Of a stretch of DNA of 64,000 nucleotides, positions 39,130-49,772 are shown piece after piece (the first letter of the stretch is position 1; each line of letters opens with the position of its first letter). The position numbers were made by a program, and so were the translations under genes. This stretch comes from Flavobacteriales bacterium. GTDB lineage: Bacteria > Bacteroidota > Bacteroidia > UBA10329. The notes under the pieces are model-generated. The model worked only from the letters and a program-made list of their open reading frames with translations, did no database searches and was not told where the DNA came from. The stretch lies in contig JAIPBM010000008.1 of assembly GCA_021739695.1 (NCBI GenBank), forward strand, positions 37,013-101,012, given 5' to 3'.

Positions 39130-42054
39130 CTATTTGTTTAGGCTATCTGATTTGGTAATTCCTTTTCGTTGATTCGAATCAGATTCATAATCTAGCGCAC
39201 TTTGAGAACGATCTGCCCCATACAACTCGGGTCTGATATACTTACCAGCAATCTTACCTGTTTTCTCTATCTCTACCTCCAGTTTTTCAGGGTTTTGCTT
39301 CATATACTCATCATTTCGAGCGCCCGTTAGCATCCAACTAATCTTCACACCAGGAGATCCTCCAGCAACAGAGAATGAATTTCCATCAAACTCCTTCGAT
39401 ACGTATATCTGCGTTGTTGGTCCCATAGGAGTGACGTTGTACGTGAAATCCCTGTTGATCGCAGCCACATACTCAGGCAAAGCTATTACAGCCTCACCGT
39501 TCTCGTCCAAATTTACTTTTCCACGATAGAATAATAGTGGCTCATTCGATTCAGTATTAAAGTGGCGAAGAATCTTGTTCTGCGGATCCAAAGGGTGGTC
39601 AATTACAAAATATTTAGCACCTGAGCCTCCAAAGTCACCATTAGAGTAAACGCCATATAACGCAGCTCCTGAATTGTCCGAACCATAAACACCGGCCCAT
39701 CCATCGATAGATTCTCCTCGGACTCCGTACCACCCTCCTCTGCCTTCAACACCGATACCCCAAAGGGAAGACGGGTACGAGAATCCTTCTACCCCAGGAT
39801 AGTCATTCACAGTTGAACCACTAAAAGCTCCATATACTCCAACCTCAGCACCAATGCCATAGGTTCCAATCCAACCTGTACTGTTACCATATGAACCTAC
39901 TGCATCAACAGCGTAACCTGACACTGCAAGATTAACCCCTGTAGCGTGTGAACTGAAGATATTGTCAGAAGGTGGCGTTGTACTTGCAACCGCAACTCGA
40001 ATCCCGTCATCAAATATCTGGGAGCAAACTGCCGAACTTCCGTTAGACTTAACAACAATGTTTGCTGTTGAGCATCCTACAGGTCCTGCTGGACCTTGCT
40101 GTCCTTGTGGTCCAGCTGGCCCCTGTGCCCCGGCTACTCCCGCTGGGCCTTGGGTTCCTTGCGGCCCAGGCAATCCTTGAACTCCTTGTGGACCTGCTGG
40201 ACCCTGTGGTCCTATCAGTCCATCAGCTCCTGTCGGGCCTTGTGGGCCTACGGGTCCTGTTGCTCCATCCTGTCCATCAGCACCATCTTGGCCATCTGCT
40301 CCGTCCTGTCCATCGACTCCATCTTGTCCATCAACTCCTGCTGGGCCTTGTGGGCCAGGCAATCCTTGAACTCCTTGTGGACCTGCTGGACCCTGTGGCC
40401 CTATCAGTCCATCAGCTCCTGTCGGGCCTTGTGGGCCTACAGGTCCTGTTGCTCCATCCTGTCCATCAGCACCATCTGCTCCGTCCTGTCCATCGGCTCC
40501 ATCTTGTCCATCAACTCCTGCTGGGCCTTGTGGGCCTACGGGTCCTGTTGCTCCATCCTGTCCATCAGCACCATCTTGGCCATCTGCTCCGTCCTGTCCA
40601 TCAACTCCTGCTGGACCTTGTGGGCCAGGCAATCCTTGAACTCCTTGTGGACCTGCTGGACCCTGTGGTCCTATCAGTCCATCAGCTCCTGTCGGGCCTT
40701 GTGGGCCTACAGGTCCTGTTGCTCCATCCTGTCCATCAGCACCATCTGCTCCGTCCTGTCCATCGACTCCGTCCTGTCCATCAACTCCTGCTGGGCCTTG
40801 TGGGCCAGGCAATCCTTGAACTCCTTGTGGACCTGCTGGACCCTGTGGTCCTATAAGTCCATCAGCTCCTGTCGGGCCTTGTGGGCCTACAGGTCCTGTT
40901 GCTCCATCCTGTCCATCAGCACCATCTGCTCCGTCCTGTCCATCGACTCCATCTTGTCCATCAACTCCTGCTGGGCCTTGTGGGCCAAGCAATCCTTGAA
41001 CTCCTTGTGGACCTGCTGGACCCTGTGGCCCTATCAGTCCATCAGCTCCTGTCGGGCCTTGTGGGCCTGCTGGGCCTGTGGCTCCATCCTGTCCATCCAA
41101 TCCTGCTGGGCCTTGCGGTCCCTGTGGTCCTGCCGGGCCAGTTGCGCCATCCTGTCCATCAGCACCATCTTGACCGTCTGCTCCGTCCTGTCCATCGACC
41201 CCATTCAATCCCGCTGGGCCTTGTGGTCCCTGTGGTCCTGCCGGGCCAGTTGCGCCATCCTGTCCATCAGCGCCTGTCGGACCTTGTGGTCCCTGTGGGC
41301 CTGCTGGGCCTGTTGCTCCATCCTGTCCATCAGCACCATCTTGACCGTCTGCTCCATCCTGTCCATCTGCGCCATCTTGACCGTCTGCTCCGTCTTGTCC
41401 ATCGGCTCCATCCTGTCCGTCCAATCCTGCTGGGCCTTGTGGTCCTGCCGGGCCAGTTGCGCCATCCTGTCCATCAGCGCCTGTCGGACCTTGTGGTCCC
41501 TGTGGGCCTGCTGGGCCTGTGGCTCCATCCTGTCCATCAGCACCATCTTGACCGTCTGCTCCATCCTGTCCATCCAATCCAGCTGGGCCTTGTGGTCCTG
41601 CTGGGCCTGTAACACCATCCTGTCCATCGGCACCATCTTGACCGTCTTGTCCATCGGCTCCATTCAATCCCGCTGGACCTTGTGGTCCCTGTGGGCCTGC
41701 TGGGCCTTGAGGACCTACAGCTCCTGTTGCTCCTTGAAGCCCAGGCGTTCCGTTAGTACCCGCTGGACCTGCAGGCCCTTGCGGCCCAACAGATTGAACC
41801 CAGATAGTTCCATCGAAATACCAGAATTTATTATCGTTAGTGTCATATACCATCAGACCCGTTGCAGGGGAAGCAATGGCGGTTCTTTGAATTGTGCTAA
41901 GCCTAGGGACGAGTAAACCTTTATCCGTGGCAGATAGGTCTAAGACCGCTGAAGGATTTGGCGTTGATGTTCCAATACCCATGTTATCCTGAGCCAAAGA
42001 CTCAAATGTGATAAGGCTGGTAAGAACTGAAAATACGAGTAGGACTTTTTTCAT
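39130..42054 (-). CDS. Collagen-like (G-X-Y triple-helix repeat) surface protein 2. It has the same N-module, about 570 aa of GXY and a Gly/Tyr-rich tail-fibre-like C-terminal domain.
   Basis: N-module [68 protein letters not shown] run from about aa 88 to 660. C-terminal ...GVYGAFSG...[17 protein letters not shown]...[65 protein letters not shown].... Confidence 0.8.
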   Translation of the reverse strand: MKKVLLVFSVLTSLITFESLAQDNMGIGTSTPNPSAVLDLSATDKGLLVPRLSTIQRTAIASPATGLMVYDTNDNKFWYFDGTIWVQSVGPQGPAGPAGTNGTPGLQGATGAVGPQGPAGPQGPQGPAGLNGADGQDGQDGADGQDGVTGPAGPQGPAGLDGQDGADGQDGADGQDGATGPAGPQGPQGPTGADGQDGATGPAGPQGPAGLDGQDGADGQDGADGQDGADGQDGADGQDGADGQDGATGPAGPQGPQGPTGADGQDGATGPAGPQGPQGPAGLNGVDGQDGADGQDGADGQDGATGPAGPQGPQGPAGLDGQDGATGPAGPQGPTGADGLIGPQGPAGPQGVQGLLGPQGPAGVDGQDGVDGQDGADGADGQDGATGPVGPQGPTGADGLIGPQGPAGPQGVQGLPGPQGPAGVDGQDGVDGQDGADGADGQDGATGPVGPQGPTGADGLIGPQGPAGPQGVQGLPGPQGPAGVDGQDGADGQDGADGQDGATGPVGPQGPAGVDGQDGADGQDGADGADGQDGATGPVGPQGPTGADGLIGPQGPAGPQGVQGLPGPQGPAGVDGQDGVDGQDGADGQDGADGQDGATGPVGPQGPTGADGLIGPQGPAGPQGVQGLPGPQGTQGPAGVAGAQGPAGPQGQQGPAGPVGCSTANIVVKSNGSSAVCSQIFDDGIRVAVASTTPPSDNIFSSHATGVNLAVSGYAVDAVGSYGNSTGWIGTYGIGAEVGVYGAFSGSTVNDYPGVEGFSYPSSLWGIGVEGRGGWYGVRGESIDGWAGVYGSDNSGAALYGVYSNGDFGGSGAKYFVIDHPLDPQNKILRHFNTESNEPLLFYRGKVNLDENGEAVIALPEYVAAINRDFTYNVTPMGPTTQIYVSKEFDGNSFSVAGGSPGVKISWMLTGARNDEYMKQNPEKLEVEIEKTGKIAGKYIRPELYGADRSQSALDYESDSNQRKGITKSDSLNK
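40075..41795. repeat. Collagen-like coding tandem repeat, gene 2. Units of 180-270 nt are repeated with near-perfect identity.
   Basis: The marker string caatccttgaactccttgtggacctgctgg recurs at 40171, 40360, 40630, 40810 and 40990 (spacings 189, 270, 180, 180 nt). The flanking sequence is nearly identical between copies. Confidence 0.75.
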
Positions 42055-42279
42055 GTTACAATTGGATTTTAACTAAATGTCGCTCAATAAGTCGTTACAA
42101 TAGACGTATTGATAATTTTAATCGATGAAACAAAAGTAACAGCTAGTGAGACACATTACCAAACTCATCAGACCTGAATTAGACAAACGACCAACCGTTT
42201 TTGGTAAAATCAAAGACATTTGTTCTTAAATATCGCTTAAGAAAAACTTAAAATATTTTTTGCTGTTAGTAATCACCAC

Positions 42280-43521
42280 ATGACCAAAATGCTCAGACTA
42301 CTCATTCCAATTGCCCTACTGATATTAATTGACCTTTACTTTTTTCAACTGGTAAAAACATCGGTTCAGGATCTCAGTCAAAACTGGCGTACTGCAATTC
42401 AATTCGGATATTGGTCCGCAACCATTTGCGTGATGGTCATTCTATTTTTCACTGCCAACCGGAACGGCCTTCCAAACCATGTTAGATACTACCTCTTCAG
42501 TCTAATGTTGGTGTTGCTGATTCCAAAATTGATGGGCATCCTCGTTCTGTTGAGTGAAGACATTTTTCGATTTGGGAAAGGCGTTATGGGATTGTTTGGA
42601 TCAACTACGGATCCATTTCTTGCTAATCGAAGAAAGTTTGTTTCGCAGGTCGGCCTCGTAGTGGCAGCTATTCCTTTCAGCACTATGCTGTATGGTATGG
42701 TGAGGACAGCTTTCAACCTCCGAGTCAATAAACAGACAGTCATTTACAACGATCTACCAATTGCTTTTGACGGATTGAAAATTGCTCAAATCTCAGATCT
42801 TCATTCAGGTAGCTTTTCTTCTTCAGCATTTATAGCAGAAGCCGTTGATCGGATTCTTGAATTGAAACCTGATATCATTTTCTTCACAGGCGACCTCGTG
42901 AACAATGAGGCCGTGGAAGCGGAGCCTTACGTGCAAGAATTCAAACGGTTGAACGCAAAATTTGGGGTTCATTCCATTTTAGGCAACCATGACTATGGTG
43001 ATTATGGTCCTTGGCCCTCTCAATCTGCAAAAGCAGAAAACCTCGAAAGACTAAAACAAATTCACAGAGAATCTGGATGGAATCTACTACTGAATGATAA
43101 CCACACGCTGGAATCCAGTGGAGAAAAATTGGCCATTGTGGGTGTAGAAAACTGGGGAGCTTCCAGACATTTTCCGAAATACGGTGACTTGGATGCTGCT
43201 GTCAAAGGCGTGGAAGACGTTTCATTCAAAATCCTGCTTTCGCACGACCCAAGCCATTGGGATGCTAAAATCAAGGATCATCCACAAAAATTCCAATTGA
43301 CTCTTTCGGGACATACGCATGGGGCTCAATTTGGGATTGAAATCCCTGGATTCAAATGGAGTCCGGTTCAATATCTATACAAGCAATGGGCGGGATTGTA
43401 CGAATCTGCCGGTCAAAATATCTATGTAAACCGTGGTTTGGGATTTATCGGGTACATGGGTAGAATTGGAATTGCTCCGGAAATCACCTTATTGGAACTC
43501 AGATCAAATAAGAATGCCTAA
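42280..43521 (+). CDS. Membrane-anchored metallophosphoesterase (calcineurin-like, YkuE-type)
   Basis: 4 N-terminal TM helices. Phosphoesterase motifs IAQISDLH, FFTGDLV, ILGNHD, GHTHG. Confidence 0.8.
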   Translation: MTKMLRLLIPIALLILIDLYFFQLVKTSVQDLSQNWRTAIQFGYWSATICVMVILFFTANRNGLPNHVRYYLFSLMLVLLIPKLMGILVLLSEDIFRFGKGVMGLFGSTTDPFLANRRKFVSQVGLVVAAIPFSTMLYGMVRTAFNLRVNKQTVIYNDLPIAFDGLKIAQISDLHSGSFSSSAFIAEAVDRILELKPDIIFFTGDLVNNEAVEAEPYVQEFKRLNAKFGVHSILGNHDYGDYGPWPSQSAKAENLERLKQIHRESGWNLLLNDNHTLESSGEKLAIVGVENWGASRHFPKYGDLDAAVKGVEDVSFKILLSHDPSHWDAKIKDHPQKFQLTLSGHTHGAQFGIEIPGFKWSPVQYLYKQWAGLYESAGQNIYVNRGLGFIGYMGRIGIAPEITLLELRSNKNA

Positions 43522-43561
43522 CTTGGTTGGCAAGTTCAATTCCTCTGATTTCTAATAGCTT

Positions 43562-45673
43562 ATGAAGAAAATTATTGCTTGCCTAGCTGTGATGGCCGGG
43601 CTTTCTGCATCCGTATTGGCAGAAGACAACGGTTACGAATACTCGATCACGGTAAATCCCGAAGACATTACCATTGTGAGAGACAAATGGGGTGTTCCTC
43701 ATATTTTCGGAAAAACAGACGCAGACGTTGCGTATGGATTGGCTTGGGCCAATGCAGAGGATGATTTTTATACCATGCAGGAACTCGTTATTACTGCAAA
43801 AGGCCTTGCTGGGAAAATGCTCGGGGTTGAAGGGGCTGAACGTGATTTCTTTTCGCACGCTTTAGGATATCGGGAACGCGTTGAAAAGGACTTCAGTCAA
43901 CTTTCTGCTGATTATGTGAAGTACATAGAAGGTTATTGCCAAGGAGTTAATGCTTACGCCAAATTGCATAAGAAAGAAGTGCGGGTAAAAGGTACTTTCC
44001 CTATCAACCCAAAAGATGTGGTTGGTGGATACATGTTTGCGCTGAGTGCGCTTATTGGAACTCCAGGTGCTGTTGGTAAGATCATGGATGGTACATATGA
44101 TAAAGACCAACCTTCTGACCTTCCTTATGGATCTAACGCATTTGCTTTCAACAGCAATAAAACTTCAGATGGCAGTTCCATGCTTTGCATCAATCCTCAT
44201 CAACCAGTTACAGGTCCATTTTCTTGGTATGAAGCGCATTTGTGCAGCGAAGAAGGTTTGAATATTCACGGTGCAATGTTCCCAGGTAGCTCAACAGTAT
44301 TTTTAGGGAATAACGAACATTTGGGATGGGCGCACACGTTCAATCACTTAGATCTTGTGGATGTATTTCAGTTAGAAATGCATCCGAGCAAAAAGCATCT
44401 GTACAAATTCAATGGTGAGTGGAAAAAGATTGAGAAACGACCTGTTTGGTTGAAGGTGAAATTGGCAAAAGGCATCGTTTTTCCTGTAAGAAGAATGACA
44501 TATTGGAGCGAATTCGGAACTACTTTAAAATCTCCGGACGGAAATTATTACGCGGTCAAACTTCCAGGAAACGAACGAATCCGCGTTGGAGAACAGTGGT
44601 ATAGAATGGATAAGGCCAAAAACTATTCAGAATTCTACGATGCGCTCAGAATGGAATCAATCTCCATGTTCAATATTATTTATGCGGATGAAAACGATAC
44701 GGTGATGTACCTGAACAATGCCGTTGTTCCAAAACGGAATCCAGAAGTTGATTACTCTGGCGTTGTAAAAAGCAATTCCGATAAAACCATGTGGACTGAA
44801 TTTCATCATGTGGAAGACCTTATCCAGACCCTGAACCCGAAATGTGGTTGGGTTTTTAACACAAACAATAATCCAGTGCATGCAACGGCTAAAAATGAGT
44901 GGCAAAGTCTTGATGACTATCCAGCATCATTTGGCATAAGTGATAATGGCGAGAATAATAGAGCTGAACGATTTTTAGAACTGATGCGCGAAAAAGCTTC
45001 AGACCAAGTTTCATTCGAGCGGATGAAAAAAATGAAATTCGATTATGAATTTCCCGCTTGTGGCGCATACCAGAATTCCATCGAAAATCTCTTTCATGTA
45101 AACCCTAGCGATTACCCGGAATTGGCTCCACTTATCACAACTATAAACGCTTGGGATAAAAGAGGAGACAAAGAGAATAGAGGTGCCGGAGCATATCTTA
45201 TCACCTTTCAAAAAGTGTTTTCCATGATGGGATTTTCTGATGGCGAATTCAAACGCTCCGTAAGTATTCCAGACACGACTTACGTAAAAGCACTTCGTTG
45301 GGCGAAGAATCAAATAGATACGCATTACGATGGTAAAATTCCAGCGCTAGGCGAAGTGCAGCGTCATGTTCGTGGAGATGTTAATCTTCCGCTCAGCGGA
45401 TTTCCTGATGCGCTCGCTGCCAATTACAACGAAGAATGGAAAGATGGAAGGTACAAGCCTTGGGTTGCCGATTCGTATGTTCATTTTGTCCAATGGAAAG
45501 ACAAGAAAATAGTCCGAATGGAAACTTTGCACCCTTTTGGTGCATCTACCCGACCAAACTCTCCACATTACACTGATCAGATGCAATTATATGCCGATCA
45601 GCAGACCAAAACCATGACTTTGGACAAGGAGAAGATCTTTGCAGAGGCAGAATCGATCTATCACCCAAAATGA
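43562..45673 (+). CDS. Secreted penicillin-acylase-family Ntn hydrolase (possible N-acyl-homoserine-lactone or beta-lactam acylase), paralog 1
   Basis: Signal peptide MKKIIACLAVMAGLSASVLA. Alpha-subunit motif IVRDKWGVPHIFGKTDADVAYGLAWANAEDDFYTMQ. Predicted autoproteolytic site/nucleophile in YGSNAFAF. 703 aa. Confidence 0.85.
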   Translation: MKKIIACLAVMAGLSASVLAEDNGYEYSITVNPEDITIVRDKWGVPHIFGKTDADVAYGLAWANAEDDFYTMQELVITAKGLAGKMLGVEGAERDFFSHALGYRERVEKDFSQLSADYVKYIEGYCQGVNAYAKLHKKEVRVKGTFPINPKDVVGGYMFALSALIGTPGAVGKIMDGTYDKDQPSDLPYGSNAFAFNSNKTSDGSSMLCINPHQPVTGPFSWYEAHLCSEEGLNIHGAMFPGSSTVFLGNNEHLGWAHTFNHLDLVDVFQLEMHPSKKHLYKFNGEWKKIEKRPVWLKVKLAKGIVFPVRRMTYWSEFGTTLKSPDGNYYAVKLPGNERIRVGEQWYRMDKAKNYSEFYDALRMESISMFNIIYADENDTVMYLNNAVVPKRNPEVDYSGVVKSNSDKTMWTEFHHVEDLIQTLNPKCGWVFNTNNNPVHATAKNEWQSLDDYPASFGISDNGENNRAERFLELMREKASDQVSFERMKKMKFDYEFPACGAYQNSIENLFHVNPSDYPELAPLITTINAWDKRGDKENRGAGAYLITFQKVFSMMGFSDGEFKRSVSIPDTTYVKALRWAKNQIDTHYDGKIPALGEVQRHVRGDVNLPLSGFPDALAANYNEEWKDGRYKPWVADSYVHFVQWKDKKIVRMETLHPFGASTRPNSPHYTDQMQLYADQQTKTMTLDKEKIFAEAESIYHPK

Positions 45674-45768
45674 TATCGTAAACACTTGATACATAGTTAA
45701 TAGGCATTGAATTGGGGCAGACGTACCTTTACGTTTGTGAGTTCAACCCCTAAATATTTCTACACTTA

Positions 45769-47892
45769 ATGCCCCAAAAACCATTGATGCTGGTTGCCAT
45801 CCTTTTTGCAACTACTAGCCTTTTCGCTGGCAAACCGAAAATCTCTGAAAACGAGCCAAACAGCACTGGTTCTCAATTTGAGAAGATTGATATCGCTAAG
45901 ATTCAAATAGTCCGCGACCAGTGGGGCGTGCCTCACATTTTTGCCGATCAAGATCACGAAGTTGCCTATGGCTTGGCTTGGGCCAATGCTGAAGACGATT
46001 TCGGAACCATGCAAGAACTTCTTATTGCAGGTCAAGGTCGATCTGGACAACTGATGGGAAAAGATGGCGCCAAGCGCGATTTTCTACTTCACGCATTTGG
46101 AGTGAAAGATGTGGTTGATGCGAAATTTGATTCCGCTTTCAGCGAAGAATACAAGCAGTACTTAGACGGTTATGCGCAAGGAATCAATGCGTATGCGAGT
46201 TCGTATCCAGACGAGGTGCTCCTGCACGGACTCTTTCCAATATCTGGGAAAGACCTCGTTTACGGGAACGTGTTTGCAGCGTGCATCGTTTCTGGCGGGC
46301 ACTTAGAAGTGGCCAACATACTTAACGGAGAATACGATGGCGGCACAACTTGGCTTGGTTCCAATGCCATGGCTTTCAATCAGAATAAGACTGAAGACGA
46401 AAGCACGATACTGGTTGTCAATCCACACCAACCAATGGAAGGTCCATTTTCTTGGTACGAAGCGCATCTCTGCAGCAACGAAGGATTGAATATCCTTGGT
46501 GGGCTTTTTCCCGGAGGACCATCGGTTTTCTTGGGGACCAACGAAAATCTTGGTTGGGCACACACGGTCAATAAACTTGATCTGGTAGATGTGTTCAAAC
46601 TGAAAATGAATGAAGAAAAAAAACACTCGTATCAGCTTGATGGAGAATGGTTTGAATTGGATAAACGACTCACCTTCCTAAAGGTGAAATTGAGCAACAT
46701 TCTTACCGTGCCAATTCCTAAAATGACATATTGGAGTAAGTACGGAGCCACCATCAAATCAAAAGATGGTGATTACTACTCGGTTCGATTAGCAGCAAAC
46801 CAAAAGATCAATACGATTGAGGAAATCTATCGAATGAACAAGGCCAAGAATTTTGATGAATTCTACGAAGCCTTGAGCATGGAAGCGCATCCGCGATATA
46901 ACGTGATCTATGCCGACCGCGAAGGAAATATCATGTACCTGAACAACGGACTTATTCCAAAACGGAATGAGGATTACAACTGGGCTTCCGTGCTGCCTGG
47001 TGACACGAGCGCCACGTTGTGGACAGAATTCCACCCAATTCAGGAACGGCCTCAGATCGTTAATCCTGCTTGTGGTTATGTTTTCAATACGAACAACACT
47101 CCTTTTAACGCAACATGCGAAAGTGAGAACATGAATCCGATGGATTATCCACCATACTTCGGATTTGAGCATGGAGACAACAATAGAAGTACACGCTTGA
47201 TGCAATTACTGGAAGAACAAGAAACCGTAAATCTAGAAGAGGTTAAGCGAATGAAATTCGATTGTCAACTGCCTGATTCAAGCACGTTCTTCAATTCGGT
47301 TGACAATTTCATGCAACTTGACCCGAACAGTTTTCCAGATGTAGCGGAAAGTATTGTGAAGATGCAGAATTGGGACAGGCGTGCCGACAAGGAAAGTGAA
47401 GCGGCTGGAATGTACCTTCTCACCTATCATTACATTTTCGATAAGTTGAAGCTTGGAACGGAAGCTTTCATTGATGGAATGGATGTGGACGATAACCTAT
47501 TTATTGAAGCGGTTACTTACGCCAACGAGCATTTGATGGAATACTTTAAAACACTGGACGTCACACTTGGCGAATTGCAAGTACATGTTCGTGGAGAGAA
47601 AGAATATGGTGTAAACGGTTTTGCAGATGCATTGGCTGCCAACTACAATATGCCTTATACCAATGGTCGGTTCAAGACCTTTGTGGCTGATTCATACGTG
47701 CAATTTGCACAATGGAAAACAGGCGAGGAAGTTTCGTTGCAAACGCTGCATCCGTATGGCGCTTCCAACAGAGAATGGTCTGCGCACTACAATGATCAAA
47801 TGGAATTATATGCCAATCAGCAGACCAAGAAGATGACATTGAACAAGGAAGAGATCTTTGCAAACGCAGAGAAAATCTATCATCCAAAGTAA
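45769..47892 (+). CDS. Secreted penicillin-acylase-family Ntn hydrolase, paralog 2 (tandem duplicate)
   Basis: Signal peptide MPQKPLMLVAILFATTSLFAG. IVRDQWGVPHIFADQDHEVAYGLAWANAEDDFGTMQ. LGSNAMAF. 707 aa. Alignable to paralog 1 over its whole length. Confidence 0.85.
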   Translation: MPQKPLMLVAILFATTSLFAGKPKISENEPNSTGSQFEKIDIAKIQIVRDQWGVPHIFADQDHEVAYGLAWANAEDDFGTMQELLIAGQGRSGQLMGKDGAKRDFLLHAFGVKDVVDAKFDSAFSEEYKQYLDGYAQGINAYASSYPDEVLLHGLFPISGKDLVYGNVFAACIVSGGHLEVANILNGEYDGGTTWLGSNAMAFNQNKTEDESTILVVNPHQPMEGPFSWYEAHLCSNEGLNILGGLFPGGPSVFLGTNENLGWAHTVNKLDLVDVFKLKMNEEKKHSYQLDGEWFELDKRLTFLKVKLSNILTVPIPKMTYWSKYGATIKSKDGDYYSVRLAANQKINTIEEIYRMNKAKNFDEFYEALSMEAHPRYNVIYADREGNIMYLNNGLIPKRNEDYNWASVLPGDTSATLWTEFHPIQERPQIVNPACGYVFNTNNTPFNATCESENMNPMDYPPYFGFEHGDNNRSTRLMQLLEEQETVNLEEVKRMKFDCQLPDSSTFFNSVDNFMQLDPNSFPDVAESIVKMQNWDRRADKESEAAGMYLLTYHYIFDKLKLGTEAFIDGMDVDDNLFIEAVTYANEHLMEYFKTLDVTLGELQVHVRGEKEYGVNGFADALAANYNMPYTNGRFKTFVADSYVQFAQWKTGEEVSLQTLHPYGASNREWSAHYNDQMELYANQQTKKMTLNKEEIFANAEKIYHPK

Positions 47893-47914
47893 TTCTGTAC
47901 TAGAAGTCTACGTA

Positions 47915-47942
47915 TTAAAAAAGGCCCTTACGGGCCTTTTTA
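47915..47942. terminator. Bidirectional rho-independent terminator between acylase 2 (+) and the S41 protease gene (-)
   Basis: aaaaaaGGCCCttacGGGCCttttt. Confidence 0.6.
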
Positions 47943-47947
47943 ATTTA

Positions 47948-49624
47948 TCAGTTAACCGACAGCTTCAGTCGCTTAAAGGTTTTGTCATCAATGGATTCGA
48001 GCGCTTTCAATACCGCATCATCTTCTGCGTTAAAGACGCGGTAGAACGCTTCAGTTTGCCAAAGTGTTCGAGCCAAAAGCGCTTTCAACCTTGTTCGGAT
48101 GATCTTGCCAGAAGCCTCCATTCCTTCCGCCTTTCTTGTAGCGAAATCCTTCTCTTCAGCATCATCTGTAGGCTTTTCAACCGCAGCAACTGCGTCCGTT
48201 GTGTCTTTGGCCTTTGGCTTTAGCTCCTTCTCTGCAAAGGCAAAAAAGTCATCTAGGAATTTGCCATCAAGATCAAATTTGGCTTCAAATGTTTCAAAAT
48301 CCGGATACGTTTTTGCAAGCTCATCCCTATGCGTATCTACATATTCGTTTATGTACTGATAGAACAGTCCTCGGCTAAGCAGGTCTCGCAAGAAGTCTGA
48401 ATTTTCTGAAGTATCAAGCGGAATGAAAATATCTGGCAGAATACCTCCGCCTCCGTATACTTTACGCTTGTTGTCCGTAAGAAACTCCTGATGATCATCC
48501 ACATGGATACTGTCCATACTGAACAACTCTCCGTTGTCTCTTCTGCGCTGCCCTTCCTTTCTGTATTCCTCGTTTCCTTCTTCGTAAGGACGCTGAATAC
48601 ATCTTCCTGCTGGAGTGTAATATCGAGCCGTGGTGAGTTTAAGTGTCGATCCATCACGCAGTTTAAATGGCCGTTGAACCAAGCCTTTTCCGAATGATCT
48701 GCGACCGATGATGAGACCTCTATCATGATCTTGAATCGCTCCTGAAACAATCTCGCTTGCCGATGCGGAACCTTCATCTATCAACACCACTAGTTTTCCT
48801 TTCTCAAATCGTCCTTGACTAGTGGCAAAATAGTCTCGCTTAGGGTTCGATACGCCTTCCGTGTAGACGATCAACTTCTTGTCGTCAAGAAACTCGTCAG
48901 ACAATTCGATAGCTGTATTCAAATATCCTCCAGAATTGCCCCTCAGGTCAAGCACCAAGTGTTTCATTCCCAATGGAATCAACTCGTTCATTGCTTCAGC
49001 AAACTCATCCATGGTGGTTTGAGCAAAACGATTCAGTTTAATGTATCCAACTTCTGGAGTGAGCATGTACGATGCATCCAGACTGAAAATTGGAATCTTA
49101 TCGCGAACGATCGTGTATTCTACAAGTTCGCTTACTCCTCTTCGGTAGATCTTAACACGAACTTTCGTTCCCTTATCGCCCCTCAGTTTTGCGATCACAT
49201 CTCCATTAGTAATTCCGATGCCGGCCACCACGGTGTCTTCAATTTCAACGATCTTATCGCCAGATCTTATTCCTAGTTTCTCGGAAGGTCCGCCAGAAAT
49301 TGGAGATACAACGGCAATCGTATCGTGAAGAATATTGAATTGAACTCCGATTCCTTCAAAATTGCCTGAAAGCGGCTCATTCATCTTCTCGTATTCTTCG
49401 GCCGTCATGTACTCGCTGTGAGGATCGAGTTCTTTGACCATTCCGACAATGGCCTCATCAACCAACATTTCGTAGTCTGGATGATCGACATACTTGGTTT
49501 CAATCAGGTTGAGTACGTCATCAAACTTGAGTTTGTATTCTTCCTTAATGGTTCGCTGTGCAAGGGCGCTGGTAGCAACAAGTGCCAATCCAAGCACCAA
49601 TCCCGACAATCTTCTCATATCCAT
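47948..49624 (-). CDS. S41-family C-terminal processing (tail-specific) protease with PDZ domain
   Basis: Signal peptide. PDZ-like segment GIRSGDKIVEIED. S41 catalytic region LVLDLRGNSGGYL ... GSASASEIVSGA ... GKGLVQ. Confidence 0.9.
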   Translation of the reverse strand: MDMRRLSGLVLGLALVATSALAQRTIKEEYKLKFDDVLNLIETKYVDHPDYEMLVDEAIVGMVKELDPHSEYMTAEEYEKMNEPLSGNFEGIGVQFNILHDTIAVVSPISGGPSEKLGIRSGDKIVEIEDTVVAGIGITNGDVIAKLRGDKGTKVRVKIYRRGVSELVEYTIVRDKIPIFSLDASYMLTPEVGYIKLNRFAQTTMDEFAEAMNELIPLGMKHLVLDLRGNSGGYLNTAIELSDEFLDDKKLIVYTEGVSNPKRDYFATSQGRFEKGKLVVLIDEGSASASEIVSGAIQDHDRGLIIGRRSFGKGLVQRPFKLRDGSTLKLTTARYYTPAGRCIQRPYEEGNEEYRKEGQRRRDNGELFSMDSIHVDDHQEFLTDNKRKVYGGGGILPDIFIPLDTSENSDFLRDLLSRGLFYQYINEYVDTHRDELAKTYPDFETFEAKFDLDGKFLDDFFAFAEKELKPKAKDTTDAVAAVEKPTDDAEEKDFATRKAEGMEASGKIIRTRLKALLARTLWQTEAFYRVFNAEDDAVLKALESIDDKTFKRLKLSVN

Positions 49625-49772
49625 GTGAATCTCTTTCTACGAAACGCTAAAATCGCCAAAATGGTGCCACCAATTGGTCTGTAAATCACAAAACTTGTGA
49701 ACGGGTTTCCAAGACCGCATGATTCTGACCTTCTGCAATGGTTAATTTCGCATCGAATCAAAACACGAAGTC

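Noticed and set aside
40075-41795. Possible CRISPR array because of regularly spaced near-identical repeats
   Set aside because: The repeats are contiguous with no unique spacers. They are in-frame coding (GXY) and their units are 180-270 nt, far longer than CRISPR repeats. No cas genes are nearby.
40062-41916. Several long plus-strand ORFs (264, 606, 243 aa) and minus-strand alternative-frame ORFs inside the collagen-like genes
   Set aside because: They are mirror-frame or alternative-frame artefacts of a GC-rich codon-periodic repeat with no stops in several frames. Their translations are low-complexity ([11 protein letters not shown]..., CWALW...) and lack signal peptides. The real gene is the GXY frame on the minus strand.
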